Shown here: piece after piece, positions 11,091 to 22,649 of the stretch
How positions within the stretch are numbered: position 1 is the stretch's first letter
Layout of the letters: the number at the start of each line of letters is the position of its first letter
Assembly: GCA_030141605.1 (NCBI GenBank)
Contig: JAQGDQ010001608.1
Coordinates: 1 to 32,655 of the forward strand
DNA from: Tubiluchus corallicola
Taxonomy: Eukaryota; Animalia; Priapulida
Direction of reading: 5' to 3'
Length of the DNA: 32,655 bases
The notes under the pieces: model-generated
Databases searched by the model: none
The model's input: the letters and a program-made list of their open reading frames with translations, nothing else
Told to the model about the DNA's origin: nothing
Translations under genes and position numbers: made by a program

Positions 11091-12250
11091 CGTTTAAAAA
11101 CACGTTTGCAAACCTATGTATCAGGACGTATTACATTATAGAGCTTGAAGGAGATGCGTTTTTAATAACACCATCATGGAGAAATTTATTAATTTATTCA
11201 CCAAGAGAATGATAATAGCTTTTAGGAAATCGTTGTTGATAAAAAGTTGATAGCATTTATGTTAACGAGTCTTTAAATTTTAAAAAGTTCCATTTAGTAA
11301 AACAAGGAAAGCCGTTCTAGAACCAAAGATTAGCTGGTGAAACAATGACAACATGAATTCTGGGAGATATCATTGTTACAAAGCAGCACTTCTAAAAACA
11401 CCATCTTGTAGCCGAAAGCTGCGAAAATTACTGTAAGAGTAAAAGCAGGGCTGGATTCAGACCTTTGGGGCGCGGGGTGGGGTTTGTGGCTCAACATAAA
11501 AAATAAATTTTAGTTTCAGGTCGAGTTTTCCTTCACGGAGAAATATTATTTATTCCCATGAGATAGTTTCTATTTGCAAAGTTTCTGTTTTAAGAGAAAA
11601 GATTATTATGATTATTTTGCGTGAAAATATTCTACACTATGATGTGCTTAAGTCTTAATTTTGATTACATTATTAACGAAATATGTGTTAATTAGTGTGC
11701 AATTTTTTCTGAACGTTTTTATTTTTCTATACTGTGTATATTGGTAATACAATTTTGAATAATTATGAGTTTTAAGGCAATAAAAATCTGATTTTGACAA
11801 CAATCAGTAACTCTTGCATGGTATTTACAATTAACAAGTAATATTTTCCCCAAAAATTGCTTTCAAGTAAAATACACTGTATTAGTAATTGTAGTTTTAT
11901 CTGATGCGAATCATAGTTCATCTGATGTTTTATGTCAAACGTGGTAGAAGCCCACATCCATTACGGCTGTATGCAATAAGAAGAAGATATGGAGGTGTTG
12001 ATAAACAAACGTCAAATAAATTTAAATATCTACTATATTTACAAGCCATTATTCAACAATTGGATTTTAAAGGTATAAGCTAAAACCAACATTTTTTTGT
12101 TTCTGTTCAACAATGGTAAATCTTGTAGCAAGTGGACTGAAAAAAAGAAAGACGCTAAAAACTGTGTGCAATTTGAGACTTGAGCTTGAGACATAGGGAC
12201 TAGAACTCGCAAGTTAGGCCACATTTTCATCTCCATTTTTTCTATTTTAG

Positions 12251-12373
12251 GCACCGAGTAATTTTGTGCTGGGACTGCGGGCTATTACGACCATCGACCG
12301 CCCGCCCGCACCCCTCCTCCAGCTCTCCAAGCCTGCTGTCCCTTGCTCTACCAGGGCTTTAGCTAGCCTCCAG
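12251..12373 (+). other. Candidate isolated 123-nt exon
   Basis: ttttctattttag| ... ccag|gtaaga; GC-rich; open in phase 0. No partner exon identified. Confidence 0.3.
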
Positions 12374-12412
12374 GTAAGATCTCTACTTTGTTATTTTGTT
12401 TGTCGTATAAAA

Positions 12413-13190
12413 TTTACTTGTTGAACCATTCACATTCACTTGTTGAACCATTCATATTCACTTGTTGAACCATTCATATTCACTTGTTGAACCATTCATA
12501 TTCACTTGTTGAACCATTCACATTCACTTGTTGATCCGTTCACATTCACTTGTTGATCCGTTCACATTCACTTGTTGAACCATTCACATTCACTTGTTGA
12601 ACCATTCACATTCACTTGTTGATACATTCACATTCACTTGTTGATACATTCACATTCACTTGTTGATACATTCACATTCACTTGTTGATACATTCACATT
12701 TACTTGTTGATACATTCACATTCACTTGTTGATACATTCACATTCACTTGTTGATACATTCACATTCACTTGTTGATACATTCACATTCACTTGTTGATA
12801 CATTCACATTTACTTGTTGATACGTTCACATTCACTTGTTGATCCGTTCACATTCACTTGTTGAACCATTCACATTCGCTTGTTGAACCATTCACATTCA
12901 CTTGTTGAACCATTCACATTCACTTGTTGATACATTCACATTCACTTGTTGATACATTCACATTCACTTGTTGATACATTCACATTTACTTGTTGATACA
13001 TTCACATTTACTTGTTGATACATTCACATTCACTTGTTGAACCATTCACATTCACTTGTTGAACCATTCACATTCACTTGTTGAACCATTCACATTTACT
13101 TGTTGAACCATTCACATTCACTTGTTGATACATTCACATTCACTTGTTGATACATTCACATTCACTTGTTGATACATTCACATTCACTTG
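12413..13190. repeat. 22-bp minisatellite (cattcacttgttgaWMcattca), ~35 copies
   Basis: Contiguous tandem units with no spacers. Confidence 0.95.
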
Positions 13191-13196
13191 TAATAG

Positions 13197-13350
13197 TAAA
13201 TGAGTAATAGTAATTATAAGTTTTTACCACATGAATATAGCAGAGTTTCCTATGGAAGACTAGGGCATGTAATTGATTGTTACAGATCAAACGTCTTGAA
13301 CTCTATGAGCGAAAACCCTTAAGTGATCCACTTTACCCGGGTCTCCCCTA
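13197..13350 (-). mobile_element. Terminal fragment of a TA-flanked DNA transposon (Tc1/pogo-like end)
   Basis: Reverse-complement match to 26131-26283. Ends ..cccgggtctcccc|ta exactly where homology to unit B begins. Confidence 0.6.
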
Positions 13351-13788
13351 TTTAATGTCACGACACTTTACTTTTGTATTGCACCTTGTAAAATTTAAAT
13401 AGTCCTTGTCGACCGAATAAATAAATAAATATAAATAAATACATAATTAAATATATAAACAATTTATGCTAATGCGAGCTGTCAGGGTTCTTATTGGTCC
13501 TCTGTGCCTGACAGGTTTCTATGACGTAATGTCGCATAACTACGTCATTATTTAGGTTAAAAGTGAAGCAGCCGATAAAGTGTTTTCTCTACAAATCTTG
13601 AAAATGATGTTGAGAATTATGCATAGAGACACCTGCAGTGTCTATACAACCTGCTACAAGTACCCGACAATAAAACCAATCCGCATTTCTCACTGAAGGA
13701 AATTACAGATGCCTTTATTTCTGCCAAAAATATTTATTATATTTCACACCTGATAGGATTCAAACTCACTGTTCACCCTATTTTGCAG

Positions 13789-13996
13789 TGTGACAATCGC
13801 AGGCCAACTGGGCTTCTGCCAAACTTTCCACAAATTCAAAAGCCAAGAGAAGCGGTTCTGCCACCACTATACGGTGGCGGACCATTCTATCACTCTGATC
13901 AGGACCACTATACGGTGGCAGACCGTTCTACCACTCTGATCAGGACCACTATACGGTGGCAGACCGTTCTACCACTCTGATCAGGCATTTGAAAAA
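13789..13996 (+). pseudogene. Decayed internal exon (copy 2), disrupted by a 41-bp triplication (13864-13985)
   Basis: ttttgcag|CDNRRPTGLLPNFPQIQKPREAVLPPLYGGGPFYHSDQ..|gtaagt; removing two 41-bp units leaves an open 126-nt exon. Confidence 0.45.
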
Positions 13997-14284
13997 GTAA
14001 GTATAGCTTACTAGCCATAATTAACTAACTATCGTTTTGCAAGTGTTCGCAGTTAATAATCTGTTTTGCATCAGAATTAAAGTACAATTTGTATTTTAGT
14101 GTTAAGCATGTTAGACTCATATTGCTGAGGCTTAGCAAATATACCAGTTTGTAATGTGCTGCCGTACATAGTTCTTTGTTCCCCATGTGCATTACAGCGA
14201 GCAGAGACGGAAGAAATGTACGTAATGAATCATATAAACCGCATAAAAGCAATACTAGATTAGAAAATCTGAAAAAGTATTTTA

Positions 14285-14890
14285 CACCTCCACCAGGCTA
14301 TCCGGGCAGTTCTTATAACCACTACACCTCAGAGGTTGCACCATTATTCAGCATTATTTTGCACCTCCACCGGGCTATCCGGGCAGTTCTTATAACCACT
14401 ACACCTCAGAGGTTGCACCATTATTCAGCATTATTTTGCACCTCCACCAGGCTATCCGGGCAGTTCTTATAACCACTACACCTCAGAGGCTGCACCATTA
14501 TTCAGCATTATTTTGCACCTCCACCAGGCTATCCGGGCAGTTCTTATAACCACTACACCTCAGAGGTTGCACCATTATTCAGCATTATTTTGCACCTCCA
14601 CCGGGCTATCCGGGCAATTCTTATAACCACTACACCTCAGAGGCTGCACCATTATTCAGCATTATTTTGCACCTCCACCGGGCTATCCGGGCAATTCTTA
14701 TAACCACTACACCTCAGAGGCTGCACCATTATTCAGCATTATTTTGCACCTCCACCGGGCTATCCGGGCAATTCTTATAACCACTACACCTCAGAGGCTG
14801 CACCATTATTCAGCATTATTTTGCACCTCCACCGGGCTATCCGGGCAATTCTTCTAACCACAACACCCCAGAGGTTGCTCCATTATTCTG
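14285..14890. repeat. 77-bp minisatellite, ~8 copies
   Basis: cacctccacc(a/g)ggctatccgggca..ttattttg units start at 14285, 14362, 14439 and onward. Confidence 0.95.
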
Positions 14891-15156
14891 CCGTGCAAAA
14901 ATAGAGTAGAGTAGTAACTATAAAACACCTTCTAAAGTCAAAGTTGCCACGGAAAAGACTAATTTCAACTGAAGTTGGCTGGTTCACTCTGGTGATTAGA
15001 ACGGACAAACAAAAATGCAACAAGAATTCTATGTTGTAACATTTAAACGACTTTATTTATGTCCATCATGCCAATTTAGCAAAGAAACAAGACCTCAGTG
15101 CTGGCCTCGGCAGAGCTACCAAGTCACATGTACCTTATTGAGCCTCCCTGCCTGCC

Positions 15157-15239
15157 TTATCTTACTAGTAGGGAAGGTAAGCACACGTGGGAAGCCCAGC
15201 AGGTACAGGTGACAGAGTAGCAAAGACCTCGGCAACAAC
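15157..15239 (-). other. Candidate Cys-rich terminal exon (copy C)
   Basis: Acceptor ttttttcatccag|; (G)CCRGLCYSVTCTCWASHVCLPSLLVR*; AATAAA on the minus strand at 15052-15057. Confidence 0.4.
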
Positions 15240-15456
15240 CTGGATGAAAAAACTATGTCAAGAGATAATTATGAACAAATTTAAATACAGATGGCAGCAC
15301 GTGTACAATTATCTTGTAGCTTGTAAGTTTTTAGTATACGGATCACGAGTGAAAATGAATGACAAAAGATGTAGACTAATTGCGAAGTCATATTAGTATT
15401 AGAACTAAAGTTTATCTGCATTAAAAATAAGAAAAGAAACTTTATATGTATTCAAG

Positions 15457-15677
15457 TTACATTACTATGAGAACCATTACAGTCACGATTACTGAGCATG
15501 TAAAAGCTGAGGCGGGACCAGCACGTGGTGCTGCAGCTAGTGGTTCACAGCCGAACTCAGGAATGGTGATTTCATTTTTGCCGTGCTTTCGTGGTGGCAC
15601 AAGACAATCAATTTTAGACATCGCCCATTTCTCCTTCTTTGTCCAGACCATGTCACAGTCACATATCAACTTATTTG
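15457..15677 (-). CDS. LRR gene copy C, exon 2 (LRRCT + GPI-type tail)
   Basis: ttttacag|ca acceptor; ANKLICDCDMVW..IDCLVP..FGC..AGPASAFTCSVIVTVMVLIVM*. Confidence 0.9.
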
Positions 15678-16052
15678 CTGTAAAATTAACATTGAATTAG
15701 TTCATATTAATAGCTATTTCACGTGATCATATGGAGTGGTACATAAGGGGGGGGGGAGGGTACAAAAGCAATGAGTAAAATTTTTACATCAAAGTATTGC
15801 TGAAAGAATTGCGAATCTAAAATACGTGTGGAAGCTTCACTCGTGTGACATATAATTTGAGCAGTTCTCACCGAACTTAAAATCCTCCTTGCAGACGCCT
15901 CACAAAACTTGAATACTGATCAAGTCACGGTCCTTGATTTCAGGATAGATCCTGCATGCTTTGCAGTTTGAGGTTTGATGAAAATCCACACCATTCAGGT
16001 CAACAGAAAAAAATAATTCCAAAGATTTTAGGTCACCGCGCTAATGATATCC

Positions 16053-16453
16053 GCTCTAAAGAAGACCGAAGAAAAGAAAATGGATGTGTTGGAGATGAGG
16101 ATGTTGAGATGGATGGTGGGAATAACCAGAAGAGATAAAATTAGAAATAATAATATCAGAGGAACAGTGAAAGTAGTGGAAGCATCGAAAAAGATACAAG
16201 AGGCAAGATTGCGATGGTATGGACACCTGAAAAGAAGAGTCGGTGAAGATCATGTGGGAAGGGAGGTCATGGAAATGGAAGTGCTGGGAAATAGAAGAAG
16301 AGGACGATCCAAGTGGAGATGGTTTCAATGTATTAATGAAGACCTTAGAGAGAAGGACATAAATGAAGAGATGGTCAACAACAGGAATGCGTGGAGAAGA
16401 CTCATTGACAACGGCAACCCCGCAAAGGAAAAAGCTGGGAAGAAAAAGAAGCT
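16053..16453 (+). mobile_element. 5'-truncated RTE-clade LINE fragment in the copy C intron
   Basis: ORF 16044-16457 is an RTE C-terminal domain; GAA-rich tail; ctaatgatatcc at 16041-16052 and 16454-16465. Confidence 0.9.
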
Positions 16454-16494
16454 CTAATGATATCCTTCCAGATCGCACTCTAAGATCACGACAT

Positions 16495-16645
16495 CGTAAT
16501 ACTTTCATGTAATAGATCATGTGATACTTTCATGTAATAGATCATGTGATACTTTCATGTAATAGATCATGTAATACTTTCACGTAATAGATCATGTGAT
16601 ACTTTCACGTAATAGATAATGTAATACTTTCATGTAATAGATCAT
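16495..16645. repeat. 25-bp minisatellite, ~6 copies
   Basis: Same unit as 10660-11090. Confidence 0.9.
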
Positions 16646-16983
16646 CTTAAAACTAAAAGCCTGACAATGAAAGACAATGAAAATGTATGACAACATTTGA
16701 AATACGTTCTTCGTTTGACTATCGTCGTTATACCACGGTACCCAATTCATTACTAGTTTGACATTGATTTCTTATACCATGGTATCCAATTCATTACTAA
16801 TTTGACATTGACTTCTGTTTTATTATATTCTTTATTATCTTTGTCACAGTACTATTTACTCTCTATGCAACGATTATGGTAGCCTTAATATTTACCCAAA
16901 TGTGCTTATACAATGTAAAATAAATATTTTGTTAAAATTATGAGATGGCCGTATTTGCAGCTAAAGAAATCACCTTCACCTAC

Positions 16984-17599
16984 CTGTGAGAATAAGGTCT
17001 ACCTGTCCTGGGTGAACATCTTTATGCAATTTCGGCATTTTCATTTTCTTCAAACCGCTGTCTTGGATACGAATGTAGTTCAAAGTCGGATTTGCTGTCA
17101 TATCCAGGTCTAAGTAATTGAGTTTCGGACAACCAAAAACAGCAATGCGCTGTAGCCCCTTTACTCCGGAAAAACATCGGCTTTCAATATCCTGCAACGA
17201 GGACAATATTAACATCCGGAAATCCTCAATTTTCGCGACGACATCATCTTCACGTAGACTTTCCACATTAGCTTCGACAAGTTCGAAATATTTGATGGTC
17301 TTTCCATCTAAGATCTTTCCGGGTAAGTTTTTCTCCGAATACTGGAAAATGGCCAGCAGTTCCATTACGTCAGGAAGAGCATTCTCTATAGCCTGAAGAC
17401 GTGTTGCGTTAATCTTCTGTTTCTTACCACATATAATGCGACATGAAGTAGTATTTTTAATCTCACATTCAGGTACACTTGTTGAGAATCCACATGTAGA
17501 TTGGGCTGTCACAGACGTCTCAGAAAATTCTTCCCATGCTGTCTTTAACATAAATGCTACTAGAGCTTGAAGGAGATGCGTTTTTAATAACACCATCAT
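16984..17599 (-). CDS. LRR gene copy C, exon 1 (signal peptide, Cys N-cap, LRRs); ~278-aa product with exon 2
   Basis: ATG at 17599 (second ATG at 17596); 616 nt = 3n+1; donor ACAG|gtaggt. LxxLxLxx-like strands MELLAIFQ, IKYFELVE, IEDFRMLI, LQRIAVFG, LNYLDLDM, LNYIRIQD, VDLILTAN. Confidence 0.9.
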
Positions 17600-17820
17600 G
17601 GAGAAATTTATTAATTTATTCACCAAGAGAATGATAATAGCTTTTAGGAAATCGTTGTTGATAAAAAGTGGGTAGCATTTATGTTAACGGGTCTTTAAAT
17701 TTTAAAAAGTTCCATTTAGTAAAACAAGGAAAGCCGTTCTAGAACCAAAGATTAGCTGGTGAAACAATGACAACATGAATTCTGGGAGATATCATTGTTA
17801 CAAAGCAGCACTTCTAAAAA

Positions 17821-18480
17821 CATTCACATTCACTTGTTGAACCATTCACATTCACTTGATGAACCGTTCACATTCACTTGTTGAACCGTTCACATTTACT
17901 TGTTGAACCATTCACATTCACTTGTTGAACCATTCACATTCACTTGTTGATCCATTCACATTCACTTGTTGATCCATTCACATTCGCTTGTTGAACCATT
18001 CACATTCACTAGTTGAACCATTCATATTCACTTGTTGAACCATTCACATTCACTTGTTGAACCATTCACATTCACTTGTTGAACCATTCACATTCACTTG
18101 TTGAGCCATTCACATTCACTTGTTGATCCATTCACATTCACTTGTTGAACCATTCACATTCACTTGATGAACCGTTCACATTCACTTGTTGAACCGTTCA
18201 CATTCACTTGTTGAACCATTCACATTCACTTGTTGATCCATTCACATTCGCTTGTTGATCCATTCACATTCACTTGTTGAACCGTTCACATTCACTTTTT
18301 GAACCATTCACATTCACTTGTTGAACCATTCACATTCGCTTGTTGAACCGTTCACATTCACTTGTTGAACCATTCACATTCACTTGTTGAACCATTCACA
18401 TTCACTTGTTGAACCATTCACATTCACTTGTTGAACCATTCACATTCACTTGTTGAACCATTCACATTCGCTTGTTGAAC
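17821..18480. repeat. 22-bp minisatellite, ~30 copies (same family as 12413-13190)
   Basis: cattcacttgttgaaccattca tandem units. Confidence 0.95.
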
Positions 18481-19826
18481 CACACGGAATCCATGAAATT
18501 TTGACAGTTTGCGGTAATTCGAGGGTCATGGTACCACTTTTGGATAATGGCCTTTATCAACTTTTCCATAAAGCCGTCTCAGTCGTAACTTGATAATCAA
18601 CCTTGAGTTTTCAATTGGGGTTAAATCCTAAGAATCCTAATGTCTGTCCATGACAGTTTTTTCGATAAATTCTTGACGACTTTCGTCATGGAGCATCAGG
18701 GAACGTCTTTCGCATCTCTGGTATCACTGTTTCCGTCAGATCTACTGCTCCGATCGCATCATATCAGTAACAATATTTACAATGTATAAATTAGGCTAGT
18801 TCATGTTAGAAATACTGTTTATGGGATTTGGTGACGTATACGTCCCATTTAATAGCTGAAAAATACCATGAGAGGTGGGAAGAAAATCTGTCAGCGGTTG
18901 AATTAATGTGCATAGGGTTATATATCAATAGTGTGAAAGTTTATCGAATTTTAATAAAAACTATCACTGTCAGATTCAGCTTTTGAACTATTTTTCAAAG
19001 GAATTAAGTTCGTTAAAACTCAATCAAAGTAACAAAAAAAAAGTTGATTTTTTGTTCGTCTTATTTCACAGGATTTACCAGGAGGGCAAATTTACCTACA
19101 ATGGTTACTATAGCAACCGGAAGCATAATAACGCAAAAGTTGGGAGTGACGCTACGAACTCTGATTGGCCCTGAGCAACAGCCGAGGGTCTATGACGTCA
19201 CCCTACGCGACATTCAATTAGTTTTCATGAGACAGGCAACCAGAAAACTGCGATTTTTTTATTTAGAGAACGTATAATGATACCAAGGTGAATAAACATC
19301 GTACCTCCACTTGCGTATACTCCTCCCCGATTTAAATACAATGTAAGACCACAAAATGTTGAGCCAACATGTTCTAGGAACGAAGTTAGCTAAATTTTAA
19401 TATCTTTAATGTGTGTGCAGTTACAAGAAAAAATTCAGCTCATGAAGTGTTTAGCTTAGTAATGAGAAAAATTATCACCATCATATGGCTATTACGTCTA
19501 TTGTAGACATACTGTAGAAAAAAGCCTGCCCTCAATATAGGTAAACACAGTAGAAATCCAGCAGAAATCTAGATACTGCTATGTCAGCAGCAGAAAGGAC
19601 AAGAAAAGAGAGTTCATAAATAATGAATTATTTATTAATTATGAACAAATTTAAATACAGATGGCAGCACGTGTACAATTATCTTGTAGCTTGTAAGTTT
19701 TTAGTATACGGATCACGAGTGAAAATGAATGACAAAAGATGTAGACTAATTGCGAAGTCATATTAGTATTAGAACTAATGTTTATCTGCATTAAAAATAA
19801 GAAAAGAAACTTTATGTGTATTCAAG

Positions 19827-20047
19827 TTACATTAGTATGAGAACCATTACAGTCACGATTACTGAGCATGCAAAAGCTGAGGCGGGACCAGCACGTGGTG
19901 CTGCAGCTCGTCGTTCACAGCCGAACTCAGGAATGGTGATTTCATTTTTGCCGTGCGTTCGTGGTGGCTCAAGACAATCAATTTTAGACGTCGCCCATTT
20001 CTCCTTCTTTGTCCAGACCATGTCACAGTCACATATCAACTTATTTG
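19827..20047 (-). CDS. LRR gene copy D, exon 2 (LRRCT + GPI-type tail)
   Basis: Same acceptor and frame as B/C; ..IDCLEP..FGCERRAAAPRAGPASAFACSVIVTVMVLILM*. Confidence 0.9.
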
Positions 20048-20250
20048 CTGTAAAATTAACATTGAATTAGTTCATATTAATAGCTATTTCACGTGATCAT
20101 ACGGAGTGGTACAAACTTTTGCTAAGGGGGGGCGGGGAGGGTACAAAAGCAATGAGTAAAATTTTTACATCAAGGTATTGCTGAAAGAATTGCGAATCTA
20201 AAATACGTGTGGAAGCTGTATTTGCAGCTAAAGAAGTCATCTTCACCTAC

Positions 20251-20866
20251 CTGTGAGAATAAGTTCTACCTTTTCTGGGCCAACATCCTTATGCAATTTT
20301 GGCATTTTCATTTTCTTCAAACCGCTGTTTTGGATGCGAATGTAGTTCAAAGTCGGATTTGCTGTCATATCCAGGTCTAAGTAATTGAGTTTCGGACAAG
20401 CATAAACAGCAATGTGCTGTACCCCCTTAACTCCGGAAAAAAAACGTCTCTCGATATCCTGCAATGAGGACAAAATTATGATCCGGAAATACTCAATTTT
20501 GGCGACGACATCATCTACACGTAGACTTTCCACATTAGCTTCGACAAGTTCGAAATTTTTGATGGTCTTTCCATCGAAGATCTGTCCGGGTAAGTTTTTC
20601 TCCGAATACTGGTGAATTTCCAGTAGTTCCAATACATCAGGAATAGCATACTCTATAGCTTGAAGACGTGTTGCGTTAATCTTCTGTTTCTTACCACATA
20701 TAATGCGACATGGAATAGTAGTTTTAATCTCACATTCAGGTACACTTGAGAAGAATCCACATGTAAATTGGGCTGTCACAGACGTCTCAGAAAATTCTTC
20801 CCATGCTGTCTTTAACATAAATGCTACTAGAGCTTGAAGGAGATGCGTTTTTAATAACACCATCAT
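20251..20866 (-). CDS. LRR gene copy D, exon 1; 203-bp intron to exon 2
   Basis: ATG at 20866; 616 nt; donor ACAG|gtaggt; 29 aa differences from copy C over 205 codons (manual count). Confidence 0.9.
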
Positions 20867-21624
20867 GGAGAAATTTATTAATTTATTCACCAAGAGAATG
20901 ATAATAGCTTTTAGGAAATCGTTGTTGATAAAAAGTTTTAAAAAGTTCCATTTAGTAAAACAAGGAAAGCCGTTCTAGAACCAAAGCCTAGCTGGTGAAA
21001 CAATGACAACATGAATTCTGGGAGATATCATTGTTAGAAAGCAGCGAAAATTACTGTAAGAGTAAAAGCAGGGCTGGATTCAGACCTTGGGGGCGTGGGG
21101 GTGGGGGTTTGTGGCTCAACATACAAATAAATTTTAGTTCATTTTTTATTTGCTGATTTCAGGCCGAGTTTTCCTTCACGGAGAAATATTATTTATTCCC
21201 GTGAGATAGTTTCTATTTGCAAAGTTACTGTTTTAAGAGAAAAGATTATTATGATTATTTTGCGTGAAAATATTCTACACTATGATGTGCTTAAGTCATA
21301 ATTTTGATTACATTATTAACAAAATATGTGTTAATTAGTGTACGATTTTTTCTGAACGTTGTTATTTTTCTATACTGCAGATGAATTATGTACGAATAAA
21401 GATGTCAAGGCTACGTCAGTACGCGTACAAAATGGCAGCTAAAGAAGTGGCAAAGGTTGGGTTTTTAGAAAACCACACAACTGGTTCAAAGTTTAATTTA
21501 ACTAAGATCTAATTAAGGAACATTACGAAAAAGAATTTACAAAACGCGCTAAGAGTTTTGCACACTCTGTGTTAGATGAAAATTATTTAAAGAATTTGTA
21601 AACGAACTTTATTTACATAATCAA

Positions 21625-21757
21625 TATCACACTGCTTACAACAATTGTCATGTCTGTAGTAACTTTATATCACACTGCTTACAACAATTGTCATTTCTGT
21701 AGTAACTTTATATATACACTGCTTACAACAATTGTAATGTCTGTAGTGACTTTATAT
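21625..21757. repeat. ~43-bp tandem repeat, 3 copies
   Basis: cactgcttacaacaattgt..tctgtagt..ctttata repeated. Confidence 0.85.
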
Positions 21758-22649
21758 AAGATATACCAACTGTCTGCTGAAAGATTTCAATAAATAATTA
21801 ACGTTCTTTTGTCAGAACAGAATCTCTTATTGAGTACTTTCAGTATTTAGCCTCAGACTAAATCAGTTGCACTGTTAGAATCTGAAGGCTCTAAGTTTAA
21901 TAAATCCTTTCCCTTTCACTTTCCAAAAATGGCAAATAAAGAAATCAAGGCACAGATGCAAGTGCTGCAGCAAGCTCAGCCAAACAAAATGTATGAAATG
22001 CAACGTGTTCTTATGCTTGCAACAAGATCGTAATTGCTTCTTGAGATTCCACATGTAAATTACATGTTGAGATTCCACATAAGTCAGAATTTTGTAATAA
22101 ATTTCCAGGACTTTATTAAATGTATTGAATAAACTTCAGATTTCCAAATATACAGCATTTGCTTTTTATCATGTTTAGCAACCATTGAATCCCAATGTGT
22201 CCCGTGGGATACAGGCTATATTTAGCACGCGGGCACAGGTAGAAAAAAATAATTATTATGTGTAAACAAGATAATGAACAAAAGTACCAAGCCAAAAAAT
22301 TTTTTCTTATTAAAAAAATAATTTGGGACTGAAAGGGTTAATTTAAATGTCTTAGCTACACAGAGTTTTAAAAGTTTCTTGGGTGAACCTTCACACCAGT
22401 TTGTTTTTCACCTAATTCCCACGAACTTTAGAACACATAGTTAACAATACAAATTTCTGATAAGCATACAGCACATTCTATTTCCCTTCCTCTTGCCCTT
22501 CTTTAATCTTTGTAAATCATTGTGATATACTATCTATGATTGTTATTTTGAAGGCAAAAATGAGTTATTATTATTATCCTCCAATCAATTATAATGTTTT
22601 TTTTAATATACCTCTATGTAAATTAAACATACACTGTGGTCATTTCTTC

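Larger units (their letters stand above)
9621..11177 (-). pseudogene. LRR gene copy B: intact exon 2 (9621-9841), only the first 13 codons of exon 1 (11139-11177)
   Basis: Exon 2 ANKLICDCDMVW..VLILI* with ttttacag acceptor. MMVLLKTHLLQAL and upstream DNA match C, but the rest of exon 1 and its donor are absent. Confidence 0.85.
8059..11400. repeat. Tandem segmental duplication unit B (paralogous to 13349-17820, partly to 19636-21376)
   Basis: Near-identical sequence starting tatttaatgtcacgacact at both 8059 and 13349; the same ORFs recur in the ORF track. Confidence 0.9.
13349..17820. repeat. Tandem segmental duplication unit C
   Basis: Colinear with 8059-11400 apart from VNTR copy number and the retained exon 1. 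Confidence 0.9.

Noticed and set aside
12413-13190. CRISPR-like array (also 17821-18480, 25301-25793, 27223-28678)
   Set aside because: Units are contiguous with no unique spacers, there are no cas genes, and the context is eukaryotic.
17600-17626. N-terminal extension MVNKLINFS in the ORF track (also 20867-20893)
   Set aside because: Starts at TTG; the ATG at 17599/20866 aligns with copy A's start and begins the signal peptide.
15457-20866. True VLR or Toll-like receptor assignment
   Set aside because: No TIR or cytoplasmic domain, LRRs lack the regular 24-aa VLR consensus, and no donor-cassette array is seen; the similarity is architectural only.
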